Source of the DNA: Leucoraja erinacea | Taxonomy: Eukaryota | Length of the DNA stretch: 64,000 nucleotides | Reading direction: 5' to 3' | NCBI RefSeq assembly: GCF_028641065.1 | Contig: NC_073381.1 | Span: 54,622,001-54,686,000 of the forward strand | Shown: piece after piece, positions 50,176-63,500 of the stretch | How the letters are laid out: each line of letters starts with the position of its first letter | Numbering within the stretch: the stretch's first letter is position 1 | The notes under the pieces: model-generated | Database searches by the model: none | What the model saw: the letters and a program-made list of their open reading frames with translations, nothing else | Told to the model about the DNA's origin: nothing | Translations under genes and position numbers: made by a program

Positions 50176-50599
50176 TTCCATAGTTTGTATAGTTATGTCA
50201 GGTTATTCAACCTCTGTGGCTAGAATTGCTTAATTAATACAAATTCCTTCAGTTTTCCCATTTGAATTTTAATTCTGCTGTTTCTGATTATTCAAGAAGG
50301 TCGTAGAATCTGAATTACCTTGTAATGACAGCTGATTAAAAAAAAATTGCACCAATTTTAGATTTTGAGTCAAGTCTGTCTGAAGGACAGAATTTTGACA
50401 TTTTAAAATGGAACAGGGTGGCTGATGCAAGTTATTGGCTTCATTGAATTAACCCAATATATGTTGGAGACTGATCAATTACAATAGTGTTTTTCCTAAA
50501 ATTTTTTAGAAAGTTATGTTAAAATTTAAGAACATGAGAAATAGGAGCAGGACAAAATCTGATGACCCCTTGAGCGCCTGCTCTGACATCCACAAATAT

Positions 50600-50970
50600 A
50601 AGTTTAGGTTTATTATCGTCACATGTACTGAGGTATGGTGAACAGCTCTATGCTGTCCAATCAAATCAGATCACACTATGCATTAATAAAATCAAGCAAA
50701 ACTCAAATACAATAGTCAGAGCAAAGGGGAATATACAGAGTGCAGAATATAGTGCTTAACATTATAACATAACAGGTCTAGAGACTAGGTAATGGACAGT
50801 ACCCCTGCTTCTAGGAAGATTGTTCAAAAGCCTGATAACTGAGGGGAAGGAACTGTTCCTGAGTCTGGTGGTGCATGTGTTAAAGCTTCTGTGTCTTCTG
50901 CCTGACGGGAATGGATAGAAGAAGGAATGACCTAGGTGGGGCAATTCATTGATTATATTGGCTGCTCTTC
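50600..50970 (-). mobile_element. Rex1/Babar-like LINE 3' fragment
   Basis: HLGHSFFYPFPSGRRHRSFNTCTTRLRNSSFPSVIRLLN. Confidence 0.75.
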
Positions 50971-51559
50971 TGATTGCTCCTGCACTGGATCCTATAGAAC
51001 AGTCCTATTCCAGTGTCTGCTGATTCACAGATCAATATGTCTCAATTCACAATACACCTAATGACTGAGTTTCCTGAGGCCTCAAAGATTTATATTTCTT
51101 TGCCTGGAGCAAATGTTTCCATTTCTCAGGCTGAAATCATCAGTTATGGAACAGTGAGCATCATAAAGAAGCAGTACAATGCCTAGATATGGAAGAGACC
51201 AAGACTTAAGAGGTACTGAGAATGCAGTTATCAGAAAGGTGCTAGATTAAGGGAGGACTAAGTATGATAAAAGTGAATGGAAAATCAGGAATTTAAGTGT
51301 CACAGTGAAATCGAGAATACAAAATAATTACCAAAGAATTGAAGATTGTTTTTATAATACCATATCACTGTGGGTTTTGCCAAGGAGACATCTACTGTGC
51401 CCAGAAATTTGGTTGTCAGGGCGTGTTTGGTTTAACATGTCAGGTTTAACCCCCTCCACCTGTGTGGAGGGGTGTGTTCCCACAAAACCATCTTGAGTGT
51501 TCGCTAACCAGAAGCCTCTGACCCCAATGGTGCATCTGGTCTTGTTCTTAAAAACTGCA

Positions 51560-52370
51560 TGACTGGCTAAAATCTTGCTCTCAGTTAACAAGACCAATAA
51601 GCAGATTGTTGACTTCAGGAAGGGATAATCAAGAACCCACGAATCTGTCATCATCTACACAATAATTCCCAGGTGTGTATATCTTTGATAATCTGTCCCG
51701 TGCCCAACAAATTGATGCAAACACAAAGACAGCTCATCAACACCTCCACTTCCTTTGAAGATTGAAGAGCATTGGTGTGTCACTGAATATTCTCTCAAAC
51801 TTTTGCAAGTGTGCAGCAGAGAGCAAACTAACTGGTTGTATCACGGCCTAGTTTGGTAACTCAAACACCCACGAACAAAGGAGACTGCATAAAGTGTTGG
51901 GCATTGCCCAGTCCATCCATCTGGATCCTGACCTCACCACCATCAAATGGATCTACAGGAAATGCTATCTCAAGAGGACAGCTAATATCAACAAAGACCC
52001 ACACCATTCTGCCCATGCTCTGGCCTCACTACTGCCATCAGGAACAATGTACAGAAGCCTGAGAACAGTGACCTCCATGTTGAAGGAAACCATCTACCAA
52101 GCAGATATCAGGCTCTTGAACACTGCACAACACTAACCACAACCTTACATTAGCAACTATGATCTACTATGGACCGTGTGTTGATTGCACTTTGTACTTT
52201 GGCTCTGTGGTAACCTTTTATTACTGATTATTAATTTATTGTATTACTGATTAATGTATCTTTATTTGTGCATTATTGCATTAATGGGCCGGTAAATCTG
52301 CAGCAAGTAAGAATTTATTTGTTCTGTTGCCGGTGCATAAAACAATTAAACAAACTTGGCTCTTGACTCT
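51560..52370 (+). mobile_element. Rex1/Babar-like LINE, degraded 3' portion
   Basis: KT..IVDFR-like codons at ~51590 and KDPHHSAH..LLPSG.MYRSL..IRLLN, followed by a 3' UTR. Confidence 0.7.
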
Positions 52371-55300
52371 CTAATATTGTAGATGTCGGTTTATGCCGTT
52401 GTGTTATGCTAACTTTCTATCTTGTTGCCCCAAAGCAACCATGTCAAATAATTTTGTAGTAGAATCACTCAAGAAAGAAGTAGTTGATATGATTAATATT
52501 TGGATTAACATACTTGAGCGGTATGTAGGCATTGAAACCTTGTGCATCTGAACTCCTCAGGGATGCAAATCCTCGGGACTTGTGTCCATCCAATTCAACA
52601 TGAAAATATAACAATCAGTCATTTCTTTGCTAAACTCTCCGTGCTTTAAATGTGTTGTCATGGAGATCTAGTGCCACTGCATTTCTTTTATTGCCTATAG
52701 TGGTTTGTGGTGTTCAATTGCACTTTGGCAATATTAGAGGTTTCCTGGACATGCTTGGCTGTGAACTGTTTCTGTTTTATACTTTCATTTGTTTAAATAT
52801 TTGAAGTAAATTTTATGCATTAACTTGAGCACAGTTATCAGATGAGGTTAGTTTTGTTTTGTTTCCCAGGTGTGTATTTTCAAATGACTTTCAGTTCAGT
52901 TGTACTGATGAAAGGGGCAATGTTTTGATAAAAGGACAAGAATTTTTTAACTCTTACTAAATTGGAAGTTGTCTTGTTAGTGCAGCTTTCATCGTGAGTG
53001 ATGGGATTATTTATTGATCCCAGCTAGAATCACAACTGAATTTGAATTCAATTGTTAAAGATTTATGAGCATTTTATCTTTTATATGAGGAAGGATGACA
53101 TAATCCATTAATGACCTTCAGAACATAATGGATAGGATCCCCTGTGCTCTGACAAATCTTTAGATTGAATTAATGCTAAGTTTTCCTACAAAATATATTT
53201 AAGAGATCAGGCGCTCAATACTTCTCCAACCTTCTTGTCACGCTGAGATTATCAAGCTGGACATTTTGATGAGCTGCTTTTATTTTAAAATTACCACTGA
53301 GCCAGTTTTGATCTGCTTCTGAGCTCTGCAAATGAATCAATGTTGTTGTATCATTTCTTTGCAGTGCATAGAAATTGATTGTATTTTGTATAATTTGGGA
53401 AGGTAAAGTGGTACTTAAGATCCTGTCTCTCAGATGTGATTTTTAACTAAAGCTTTTCCTTCCAGTTTAGGTGAAAGTAGAAAGAAATAGCGTAGCATAA
53501 TTAAAAAAGCAGAATGTCTGCAGGTGTGGTTCCTCCACTCTATAAAAGAAAACATTAACTGTTCATATGATTATTTAACTTTAAGTGTTTCCTTTGTATG
53601 CAATTTTACTACAGCATCACCTGCATTGCAGGCACTGTCATTTGTATATAATTAATTAATAATAAGTGCTGTCTAATGTCCTGAGGTTGCATAAAAATAA
53701 CTTTTATCCTTTCATCATCATGGATTAGTGGACAATCACGTGCCATGAAACATGTTGGCTTCAAAATACAAAGGTCTCTATGTCAGTACTAAACATTGAT
53801 TGCTCTCAAAGTTTGTTTTGAAAATGGCTACAAAAGTGTAACTCTATAATTCAATATCAAACCTGCATTTCATTTTTTTTTAATCCTGAAACTTTTTTGG
53901 GTGAGATAGATGTCACACATGGTTTAAGATAATTGAAGAAAAAACATTGTGGCTTTATTTGTGGCAAGAGAGAAAGGAACAATGAAAAGTCTATCTTTAT
54001 TTTTATCTTGAAACATGATTTTCAGATTAATGTTGGAAGGTGGCTTGTGTTGGACTGCATTTTGAGGAACCATCAGGAAATACAAATAAAAAAAGAATAC
54101 GTGTTCATTCTTCCTGGACTTCAGGCTTGGTACAAAATTGCTGTGAAATATCAATGTTTATGGAACTTGTTTTCTGTAGCTTATACCAACAAACTTTTGT
54201 TTGATTTGCTTTAAGTCTTTAATTTGACCATTACTCTTAAAACATAAAGGAAAAATGCACTGCATTTGGAATACTTCATTATGATAGGTGAGGTGAAGAT
54301 TTTCTAAATAGCCAGAGAACCAACCCCATTTTCAGTATTACCTCCAAATGATTTTATTTTGGCAACAACCTTTCATGGGAAATTTATTCATTCTTGTATT
54401 TTAAACTGAAAACAATTTCTCGATGGTGGAAAAAAATAAAACTTTGCTTCAAAATTCATTACAGCATTTATTACTTGGTAAATCTTACTGGACAGATTTT
54501 GAATTTGACTTTTTTGTTCCTTCAGTGCTTTTTAATGCTCCTGTATGGGAACAATATAAATGATTTATAAGTTATTAGCACTGCAGTGTGCAGCAGTGAA
54601 GTTTTACAACAGTCCTTTCCCATTTGTTATCCCTTGCAGCATTTTTCACAGCTTGTTTTCCTAATTCCTCTTGGTATTTGTCTTGTAATAAAATGGTACA
54701 ATAAATTTATTTTTACATCCATTGTGGAATGCTTTAATACCAAATGCTTTTTATCGATTAAAGGATCAATGTATAATGCAAAATTCAATGGTATCCTGAG
54801 GTGAGATTTGCATTGTATGTCCTAACTTTCTTGTTAAAACTTGCTTATTGAAATCTTTGGGATTATCACTACTTAAAAATCACTTATTTTCCTGCCTGTT
54901 TGCTTCAATTAGAAAATACGTAACATTTTGGTCTTTGAAGTGTCAATAGCACTTCACCAGGACACAATTTAGGCAAAGTAGAATTAATTTCCCATCAAAC
55001 GTTGTTGTCTTTTAAGGTGGGTCATCTGCACCTGAGCTCCATCTTCCTACCTATGCTCATATTAGTTGATGTCCGTATCTAACAGTCTAACAATTTAATT
55101 CCAAAGAAGTCAATTAAGATTTTGGGGGCGTTAAAATTCTTGATTTCTACTATCCATTGTGGGGAGAGGTGCTTCTAAATTCCAAAACAAACTTAATTTA
55201 GAGATTATGATTTTGACTGGATTTGAAAGGTAAGAGAAATTGTTTATCTGTATCAAATTCTGTTATAATTTTAAAGATCTCTGCTAAGTTACCACCTGGA

Positions 55301-55614
55301 CACAAGAAAATTAATATCAAATTCTTCCAATCTAATTTAAACCTTTAAAACCTGGTAGCATTCAAGTAAATTATGCATCGCCTGCCAGCTAACATATCTT
55401 TAGATTCAGAGTAAAGTCTGAATAAGTACTTCAGATGATCACTAAACAGTTCTGCAATTAATTTAAAGCTAACTTTGTTAATTCTGTATTCCAATCTTTT
55501 TAAGCTAAAGGACAACATTCTATTAGTCTTTTCTATTCCTTTTTGTACACTGCAATAATGTAGTTTTCTGTGTATATAGGCAGTCATAGAGGTATGCGGG
55601 ATAAAATTCACTAT

Positions 55615-55710
55615 AGGACGCATAGTGCTGGAGTAACTCAGTAGGTCAGGCAGTATCCCTGGATAACTTGGATAGGTGACGTTTTGGGTCCAGACCCTTT
55701 TTTGGACTGA
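55615..55710 (-). mobile_element. Degraded Penelope-terminus unit
   Basis: GTGCTGGAGTAACTCAG..GATAGGTGACGTTTTGGGTCCAGACCC. Confidence 0.7.
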
Positions 55711-56182
55711 CCTTCATTAGTAACTATAGTTTCTTGTTTCTATAAAATTCACTTGTTGAGTTGCATAATATTGTTTCAGCACTGAGCTGCAAACTTAGCA
55801 GTCACCAATTTTTTCGTGCAAACACATACTGAACTCTAGTGCACTGCCAAGAATGAAAAATGTAAGGAAATTTACTTTGGGTCAATCTTCTGAACCGAAA
55901 ACATTTCCAAAACAGGATTGGTCCTGTCCTGGGAACTTATTTCCTTTCAGTGTTTCCCGAAAAAGCATATCACTGAGAAACATTTTATGTATTCCATTTA
56001 TTGTTACTGGTGTACCAAAAGCTGTGTTATTTTGAGAAAATGCCAAAATGCATTTTATGTCTGATTGATACGAAAATAAGGTTTTAATTTATCAAGTTAA
56101 CACTGCCAACACCTTAGCAATACTAGGTTCAAGTGTCCACAACCATTTGAATTCATCTTCAAATTTTGCGAAGGAATTAACA

Positions 56183-56410
56183 GTTTAGTTTAGAGATACA
56201 ACGTGGAGACAGGCATTTCGGCCATTTGAGTCTACACTGACCATTGATCATCCATTTACACTTGTTCTATGTTATCTCACTTTCTTATCTACCCCCTGAA
56301 CATTTGGGCAATTTACAAAACCATGTTGACCTACAAACATGGCACATCTTTGAGATAAGGGAGGAAATCGAAGCACCCGGATGAAATCCATGTGGTCACA
56401 GGGAGTATGT
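56183..56410 (-). mobile_element. V-SINE, 5'-truncated
   Basis: GTTTAGTTTAGAGATACA tail on +; GGGAGGAAATCGAAGCACCCGG..TGTGGTCACAGGGAG is the reverse V-domain. Confidence 0.75.
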
Positions 56411-57544
56411 GTTGGTTATTGGATCTTCACACGTTCTTTATGGTTGAGTGTCAATTTTACGATATAAATTGATTCCTCATATATCCAGAGACTCAAACCA
56501 AATGTTTGTAAGACAATTTGATCAGAAGCAATCAATAATTTAATTATGGATTCATTATGAACCACACTGGTTTCCATCAGCAGTTCATATTCGTGGGAGA
56601 GTCAAACACATCAAAAAATATTTGGTGCAATTAATATAATTATTTAGGTAATTATAAAGATGCGAGTATCGATGTGTGTGGAGAAAGGAAAAGACAAAGA
56701 AATCACAGTAAAGTCATTTGATCCAAATTAACAACTAAGGTTACTGAATCAATTGCCTCAGCCATTTCATTTTAATCTTTGCAGCGGTCCCTGATTTGGT
56801 CAGTGGGATGGGGCATGGGGGGAGATTTAAATTGGACATTTAGTGCAGGTGGCTAATCTGTCACTTTTCTTATTCATCTCTTATTGAAATGGAGTTTAAC
56901 TGCAATGAGAAATGTAAGGGAGGAAACAGCAGTTTTATTTTTCCCATCTAAATTGGTCATTCTTAAGATGTATTTTTGGAAGTTTTTTGGAGGTGGAAAA
57001 CTATTCTGCACTGTCATATTTCCTTCCACCACCACCCAAAGTCTAATACTGCCATTAAATTGCTGTATTCAACTGAGGCTGACTCCTTATTTATAATTGG
57101 CTTCATAGTACAACTTTATGTGCCAAATCTAAAGTCTTGAATTGTTGCAGCTCACCATCCCCGTGGAATTTGAAAATTAAAACTGCATTTTTCACTGTGG
57201 TATACAATATATTGTGTTATTTTGGAAGATAAACAAGCTACACCATGCATGTGTGCAGTGTCACAGTTCATATAAGGTAGCGTTCTGGTTTGGTAGTTTC
57301 AGCAACCTGGGTTATTTCGGACTTCAAGAGAAATCCGTATGAAATTTGTTTTCTCTACCATCATATGAAAACCCCAGTCTCGTCTCATATCCCAAAGATG
57401 TGCTGGTTGTTGGGTTAATTGTCTCGCTTAAGTTATTCCTAGTGCAGATACTTGGTGGAAGAATCACGAGCTGGCGTAAATGGGCATGTGAGAGAGAATA
57501 GCTTACAGAGAAATAAGTCGGGAAATTAGGTCAATTGTTATCTG

Positions 57545-60160
57545 TCCTTTCTGTCCTGGGCCTACTCCATTGTCAGAGTGAGGCCAGCGCAAATTGGAGG
57601 AACAGCACCTCATATTTTGCTTGGGTAGTTTACACCACAGCGGTATGAACATTGACTTCTCTAACCAGATAGCCATGGCTTTCTCTCTCCATCCCCTTCC
57701 CTTTACTTTCTTTTAAAATCTTTTTATTAGTTTTTTTCCAAAAAACAAAAACAATACAAAAAAGACAGAGCAAAAAGAGTAATGATAAACATAACAATGA
57801 TATTGATACATAGGGATCAGGATTACATTAATTACAGGTATAACCTAATATGTCCAGTGTCAAAATACACATTGAATATAGACCTCCCGGACTCTATGTA
57901 AATATAGTTAAATATTTAAAAGAAAACTTATAAATGTAGAAAAAAAACACTAAGATAAAAATACAAAAAAGAGGAAAAAAGGAAGAAACAAAACCCCCCT
58001 AAACTAAAGAAAAAAAGAAAGGAAAATAAATAAAATAAAAACAAAACAGAATCTGAACTGAGAATTTCAACAATTTAAGTCTGTTTATCATCAAGTCCGT
58101 TCCACCATATAGAGGTAAAATAGTTTTTATAACAGTTGTAGAGGGAGCAATTTATGTTCTGTGAAAGTGTTGAATAAATTTTCCTCAAGTCTTATCAAAT
58201 TCAACCAAGGGTTCAACAATGTCACTCCTGATTTTTTCTAAATTTAAACATGATATCGTTTCAGAGTACCAATGGAGTGTGGTCGGAGGGTTGGAGTCTT
58301 TCCATTTAAATAAAATAGATCTTTTGGTGATTAGTGTGGTAAAAGCAATCAACCGATGGGCGGAACGGGACAAATGAATAAAATCTAACACTGGTAGCCC
58401 AAAAATTGCAGTAATAGGATGAGGTTGTAAATCAATACCTAACACTACAGAAATAGTATCAAAAATGTATTTCCAATATTTTTCCAAAAGTGGGCATGCC
58501 ACTTCAGAGTTACATCTGTCACAAGTAGGATTTATATGACCATAGAAACGACCATTGAACTTATCTTTTGACATATGAACTCTGTGAACCACCTTGAATT
58601 GTATCAGAGCGTGTCTTGCACACATTGAAGAGGTATTGACTAATTGAAGAATCCTCTCCCATTTATCTATAGATAGAGAAATTTAGTTCTCTTTCCCAGT
58701 CATTCTTAATTTTATCAAATATATCTATTTGTAATTTCAAAATTAACATAAATAGTCGTTATTAATCCTTTCTGATAAGGGTTCAAATGTAAAAACATTT
58801 CCAAAATTTCGGTTTGATGTGGTAGCGGAAAAAGGGGTAGAGTAGCCTTCAAAAAATGTCTAATTTGTAAAGATCTAAAAAAGTGTGAATTAAGTAAATT
58901 ATATTTATTGGAGAGTTGTTCGAAAGACATAAAACCACCATCCAAAAACAAATCATGAAAAGCTACTAATCCCTCTTCCATAACAAAAAGGTTTGATCAG
59001 TACTAGGTTGGAAGAGAAAATTGGATAAGATAGGACTCGATAAGATAAAATCATTTAGCCCAAAAAACTTACGAAATTGAAACCATATTCGAAACGCACG
59101 TCTTATTATTGGGTTAGTCGTAGATTTATTCAATCTCGTAAATTGTAAAAGGTAACAAGGCCCCTAGAATAGAAGCCAATGATAGCCCTTGTAAGGAATC
59201 ACGTTCAAGATTTATCCATCCTGGGCATTGGGTATCTTCTAAATCTTTTATCCAAAATGTTAGATAACGAACATGCTGTAAAGGTTGCAAATTAGTTTGC
59301 TCCCTTAACTTTTAACTTTCACTTACCGCTCTTTCAATGTTACTTGTGACTACTTGACTTCAAGGCACGGTCTAACTTTTCATGAAGTGTTGATAACACT
59401 TTTAAACGCCTTCATTGTGAAAAGGATGGAGACAAGAAGGAAAGGAGGCTCGCCAGGGAAGGAACAGGGGAAAGCCACAACCACAGCTTCTGACTCTAGT
59501 ATCATAGAAGCAATATCGAAAATGAACGATGAATTGAAAAATGAACTGAAAAATGAAATGAAAACAGTTTTGGCAGTTTGGCAAATGATTTGGCAGTTTG
59601 GAAGAAATGGTTAAAGGAGTTTCGACCAAATTGAAGGAAGTTCAAGGAAAGCTGTCTATTTTGCAAGATGAACTTCGTGGACAAAAGTTCCAAATTTCCA
59701 AAATGTATTCATATATATGGCAGAATAAAAATTCCAGACTAAGTAAAAAATACTTACAGAAATCACAAAAAGATGGTGGTTTGGCATTGATGAACCTTAG
59801 ATTCTACTATTGGGCAGTCAATGTTGGTTATCTAACATTTTGGATGAAAGATTTAGAAGATACCCAATGCCCAGGATGGATAAACCTTGAACATGATTCC
59901 TTATAAGGGCTATCATTGGCTTCTATTCTGGGGGCCTTGTTACTTTTTACAATTACAAGATTGAATAAATATATGACTAACTCTATCCCCTTCCCAGTTC
60001 TCCCACTAGTCTTACTGTCTCCGACTACATTCTATCTTTGTTCCACCCCCTCCCCTGACATAAGTCTGAAAAAGGGTCTTGACCCAAAATGTCACCCATT
60101 CCGTCTCTCCAGAGATGCTGCCTCACCGGCTGAGTTACTCCAGCATTTTGTGTCTACCTC
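57545..60160 (+). mobile_element. Penelope-like 3' end fragment split by an L1 insertion (57545-57701 and 59981-60160)
   Basis: TGTCAGAGTGAGG..AAATTGGAGGAACAGCACCTCATATT matches 46305-46350. Resumes at 59981 with a pyrimidine tract and terminal CTGAAAAAGGG..GACCCAAAATGTCACC. Confidence 0.8.
57702..59980 (-). mobile_element. L1/Tx1-like insertion with 5' inversion (same family as 41220-47536)
   Basis: 57702-59273 is the reverse complement of the L1 3' part. 59274-59980 is an opposite-orientation piece. 15-bp TSD CTCCATCCCCTTCCC (57687-57701) / CTCTATCCCCTTCCC (59981-59995). Confidence 0.85.
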
Positions 60161-60299
60161 CGATCAATTGCTGTGTTGGCCTCCACAGATTCAATTAACT
60201 CAATGGGAGCCTGAAAATTTACATGAAATTTGAACATTTTTGATCTGTAATACCACCCCCTACAAACCGTGTATTCCATTTGTTTTCTACAACTTCTAC

Positions 60300-60590
60300 A
60301 AATACCTCCCTCCCTCTTCTCCCCTTCCATCACTCAAACTCCATTAAATAGTCCTACTGTTCGCAGTGATATATCCCGCTTGGGCTCACACTGTCTCTAG
60401 CCAACCATCAGCCTAGAGAACTTCCAACTGTTACCAGCCCCAATCTGTCCTGTTTTTCTTTCTCGCTTCCCATTCCCCACCCCCACTACAATCAGTCTGA
60501 AGAAGGGTCCCAAACCAAAACGTCACCTATTCATTATTTCCCCAAAAAAATGCTGACTGACCCGTTGATTTACACCAGCATTTTGTATCT
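60300..60590 (+). mobile_element. Penelope-like terminal fragment with degraded hammerhead-like core
   Basis: ATCAGTCTGAAGAAGGGTCCCAAACCAAAACGTCACC..TGCTGACTGACCCGTTG..CCAGCATTTTGT. Confidence 0.7.
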
Positions 60591-63500
60591 TAATTTTGTC
60601 TCTTCTTGGCTTTTATTTATAGAGTCCGCAGGGTTAGAGAGCTGCAACAATTTATCCTTAAATTCCATTCATTATAAGAATAAGTATTGATAAGTACTCA
60701 CTTTAGTAACTATTCTGATATCAGTTACTATTCTGATATTTTCAGCTATTGTTTCATGAGCAATGATGTGTAAGCTTCTGATGTTTCAATACATTTTCGA
60801 ATTAGCGGAATCCAACTTCCAGCAGCGGAAAATTGGAAACTATTGGAAAGTATGATTTCCGTGTTGCCTAATGGAAATTGCTACATTTAAAATTTGCATG
60901 ATGTTGGATCGTGCAAATCTGGGATGACATTCTTTGTCCTCATTTTAATGATTGAAGTTGATGCCAGAATGACTCCTTCCTTGTTTCTGGAAAGGTATTT
61001 TTATTTATTGCCATGTAACAAGTTTTATTTAAGTGACCTTTTAATTGGCTCTTTAGGATTGTAATTAAACAGTAAATAATCACTGACGTTTTGCATTGGT
61101 AACTGAAAATGAATAGTGAATAATTCCAGATTATTGTTAGCCAAATTCACCTGAAAGGCACTTGTTTCAATCAGTGCCCTTTTATTTTTAATTCACACTT
61201 AAACCTGCTAATGCATGGCACTGTTTTCTTCCCAGTGTGCTTTGATACATTTGTACATCCTGTTATTACTTGTGCTTTTTGCTTCATTACACAAAATCCA
61301 CCTGTGCCAGTTAATAAGGAGGAGGCTGGTATTTTTTTTTTCAATTTTACTGCACTGTTATCAGCGTCTCCACATGCTGTTTAATTTGAATTTCAAAATG
61401 GAGAGCTGAATGCTTGGTGCCAGCTGTGGAAGCTGCATGCTGCGCTCCTTGTGTGCTGAAGCATAGTAACAGTGACACTATAATGAAGTTTCATTGCTGC
61501 TGCATACAGGCTCTGTTCACAGGTGGGATCTGGTCTTGATGTGATTGATTAGCTTTAACATTTTGAAGTAATACATAACATGGCATTTCTAATTCATTGA
61601 AGATATGACACAATAGACTTGATCTGCTTTATCATAGAAAAAATAACTTGGTAAGATTGTATTGTATAAGTTTGCAGCGTGAGGGAAAATGTGAGAATAA
61701 AGATAATAAAGAATGGCTGATTTATTGGTGTATTTTCTGCACGTATTATGGTAGCCCTTGTAAGATAAAGCAAAGCTAATTGTATTTTATATTTACTCTT
61801 GACCTTGTGGCTCCACTGGCAATGTACATACTGATATTAATTCAAGTTTGGTATGTATTCTTCAACATTTATCTAGCACAGGGAAAAGTCACTGGATATA
61901 CGTCAGATAGGCTGTCCTTTCATAGGTGTCTATCTGAGTGAAATCATCAGTTTTTACAAATTGCAGAGGCATATGTAATATAACTTTGCAACTTGTTTGT
62001 CTAAACAAATTGCAGTTTATCTTTAAAAAATAAAAGAATATCTCAACAGAGGGAATTTAAGTGAATTCAAGCTTTATTTAATTGTGACTTGGTTGTTACA
62101 GCATGTACAGTACAATGCATAATTATATTGCAGTGATTTATGATTAAGTACCGTTTTATAGTAAGGGCTTTGGATATTTACCGGTAGTTTGGTAAATTAA
62201 TTATCTATGAAGAGCTGTTTAAATTGTCTTTAATATTTTATTATAACAGCTTCAATTTGTCACTTAATTATCAAATCTGTTACAATGTAAACACCATATC
62301 ACCAAACCATTGGTAACAGTTTTTTTCTCTCATATAAAGATTTTTTTTTCTCTCATATAAAGAAATGCTTCATTATTCCAGTTTAATTATGAACAACAAA
62401 GTAGAAAAGCAACTGTATCTTATTTACAATTACTAAAATAACTAATTATATTATTCTAATGGGTATGATTTTAAGCTGATTATATTAAACTAATTATATG
62501 AAACAAATTTGCAGCTTTCTTACTTCCACGCACGCCACTGCAACAAAATTTAATTTTACCCCGACGACCCTTTGGCTGTTGCATTTGAAATAAAAAATCA
62601 TTGCTGCAGAGCTCCTGTAGATTCTCCTTTCTTTGTTAATACTGTGTCTTTTTCTAATGCATTTCAGGTCTATTTCTTCAGATACAATAAAAAATACAAT
62701 TCATTGACTTCAGGAGCACAGAACAGAATAAACAAGGCAACATTTTAAAATCCAACTTCAGTTTTTCTTGGCTTCAATAAACAATATCATAATTTAGGAC
62801 ATAAATATCAGGACTAAGACAATACTTGGAAGCCCTAATGTAAAATATGAATTCAATGCTTAGACAAGTAAGGTCAACGTATAGTTAATAGTTAGCTCTC
62901 CTATCCCTGTTACAATCCTCAAGTATATTTATCCAATTTGTGACAGGCTTCATTTGATTCTGGTATAGGCAGTTGAAGGAAATGGCCTGGTGCCCATTAT
63001 TTTTAGATCCTGGCTTTCCATTGTTTTATCTTCCCCAAGTACATTGAATAGTAGATTGCAGATATAAATTTCCCCAGCATTTAGTGCACCAGTCATTGTT
63101 GCATTCATCTATTGTGGCTGCCTGAACCTTTCGTGGGACAGTCATTGACTTTATGCCTTCTTTGGTGCATCTGTCTTCTACAATATCGAACCATTCACAA
63201 AATACGTTGGCCCAGAGCTTCCTGGCAACAGCAGAATGTTGCACTTGCTTCTGACCTGTGTAATGAGTAAATACTTAACTTTTGAACATCTGCTTGTCAG
63301 CTAATCTTGATGCATTGCTCATTGGCAAATCCTTTTGAGGTTGCAGGGTATTGCTTAAATAAATCCTAATTGGTGGGAACAAGGAAGAACAACTGGCTCA
63401 GGTAGACCTCTTAGTCAACAGTCAAAAAAATGATAAGTCTTTGCAAACGCATGGTATCCACAAACAATAATAATATTTGAAAAGAATCAGCAAATTTTGA

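Noticed and set aside
51451-51472. Perfect 9-bp hairpin CCCCTCCAC-CTGT-GTGGAGGGG
   Set aside because: Isolated, with no ribozyme core, Helitron end or second copy seen; compatible with chance or an unrecognised repeat.
21253-60590. Recurring palindromic repeats as a CRISPR-like or terminator system
   Set aside because: They are dispersed rather than arrayed with spacers, the context is eukaryotic, and they match Penelope termini.
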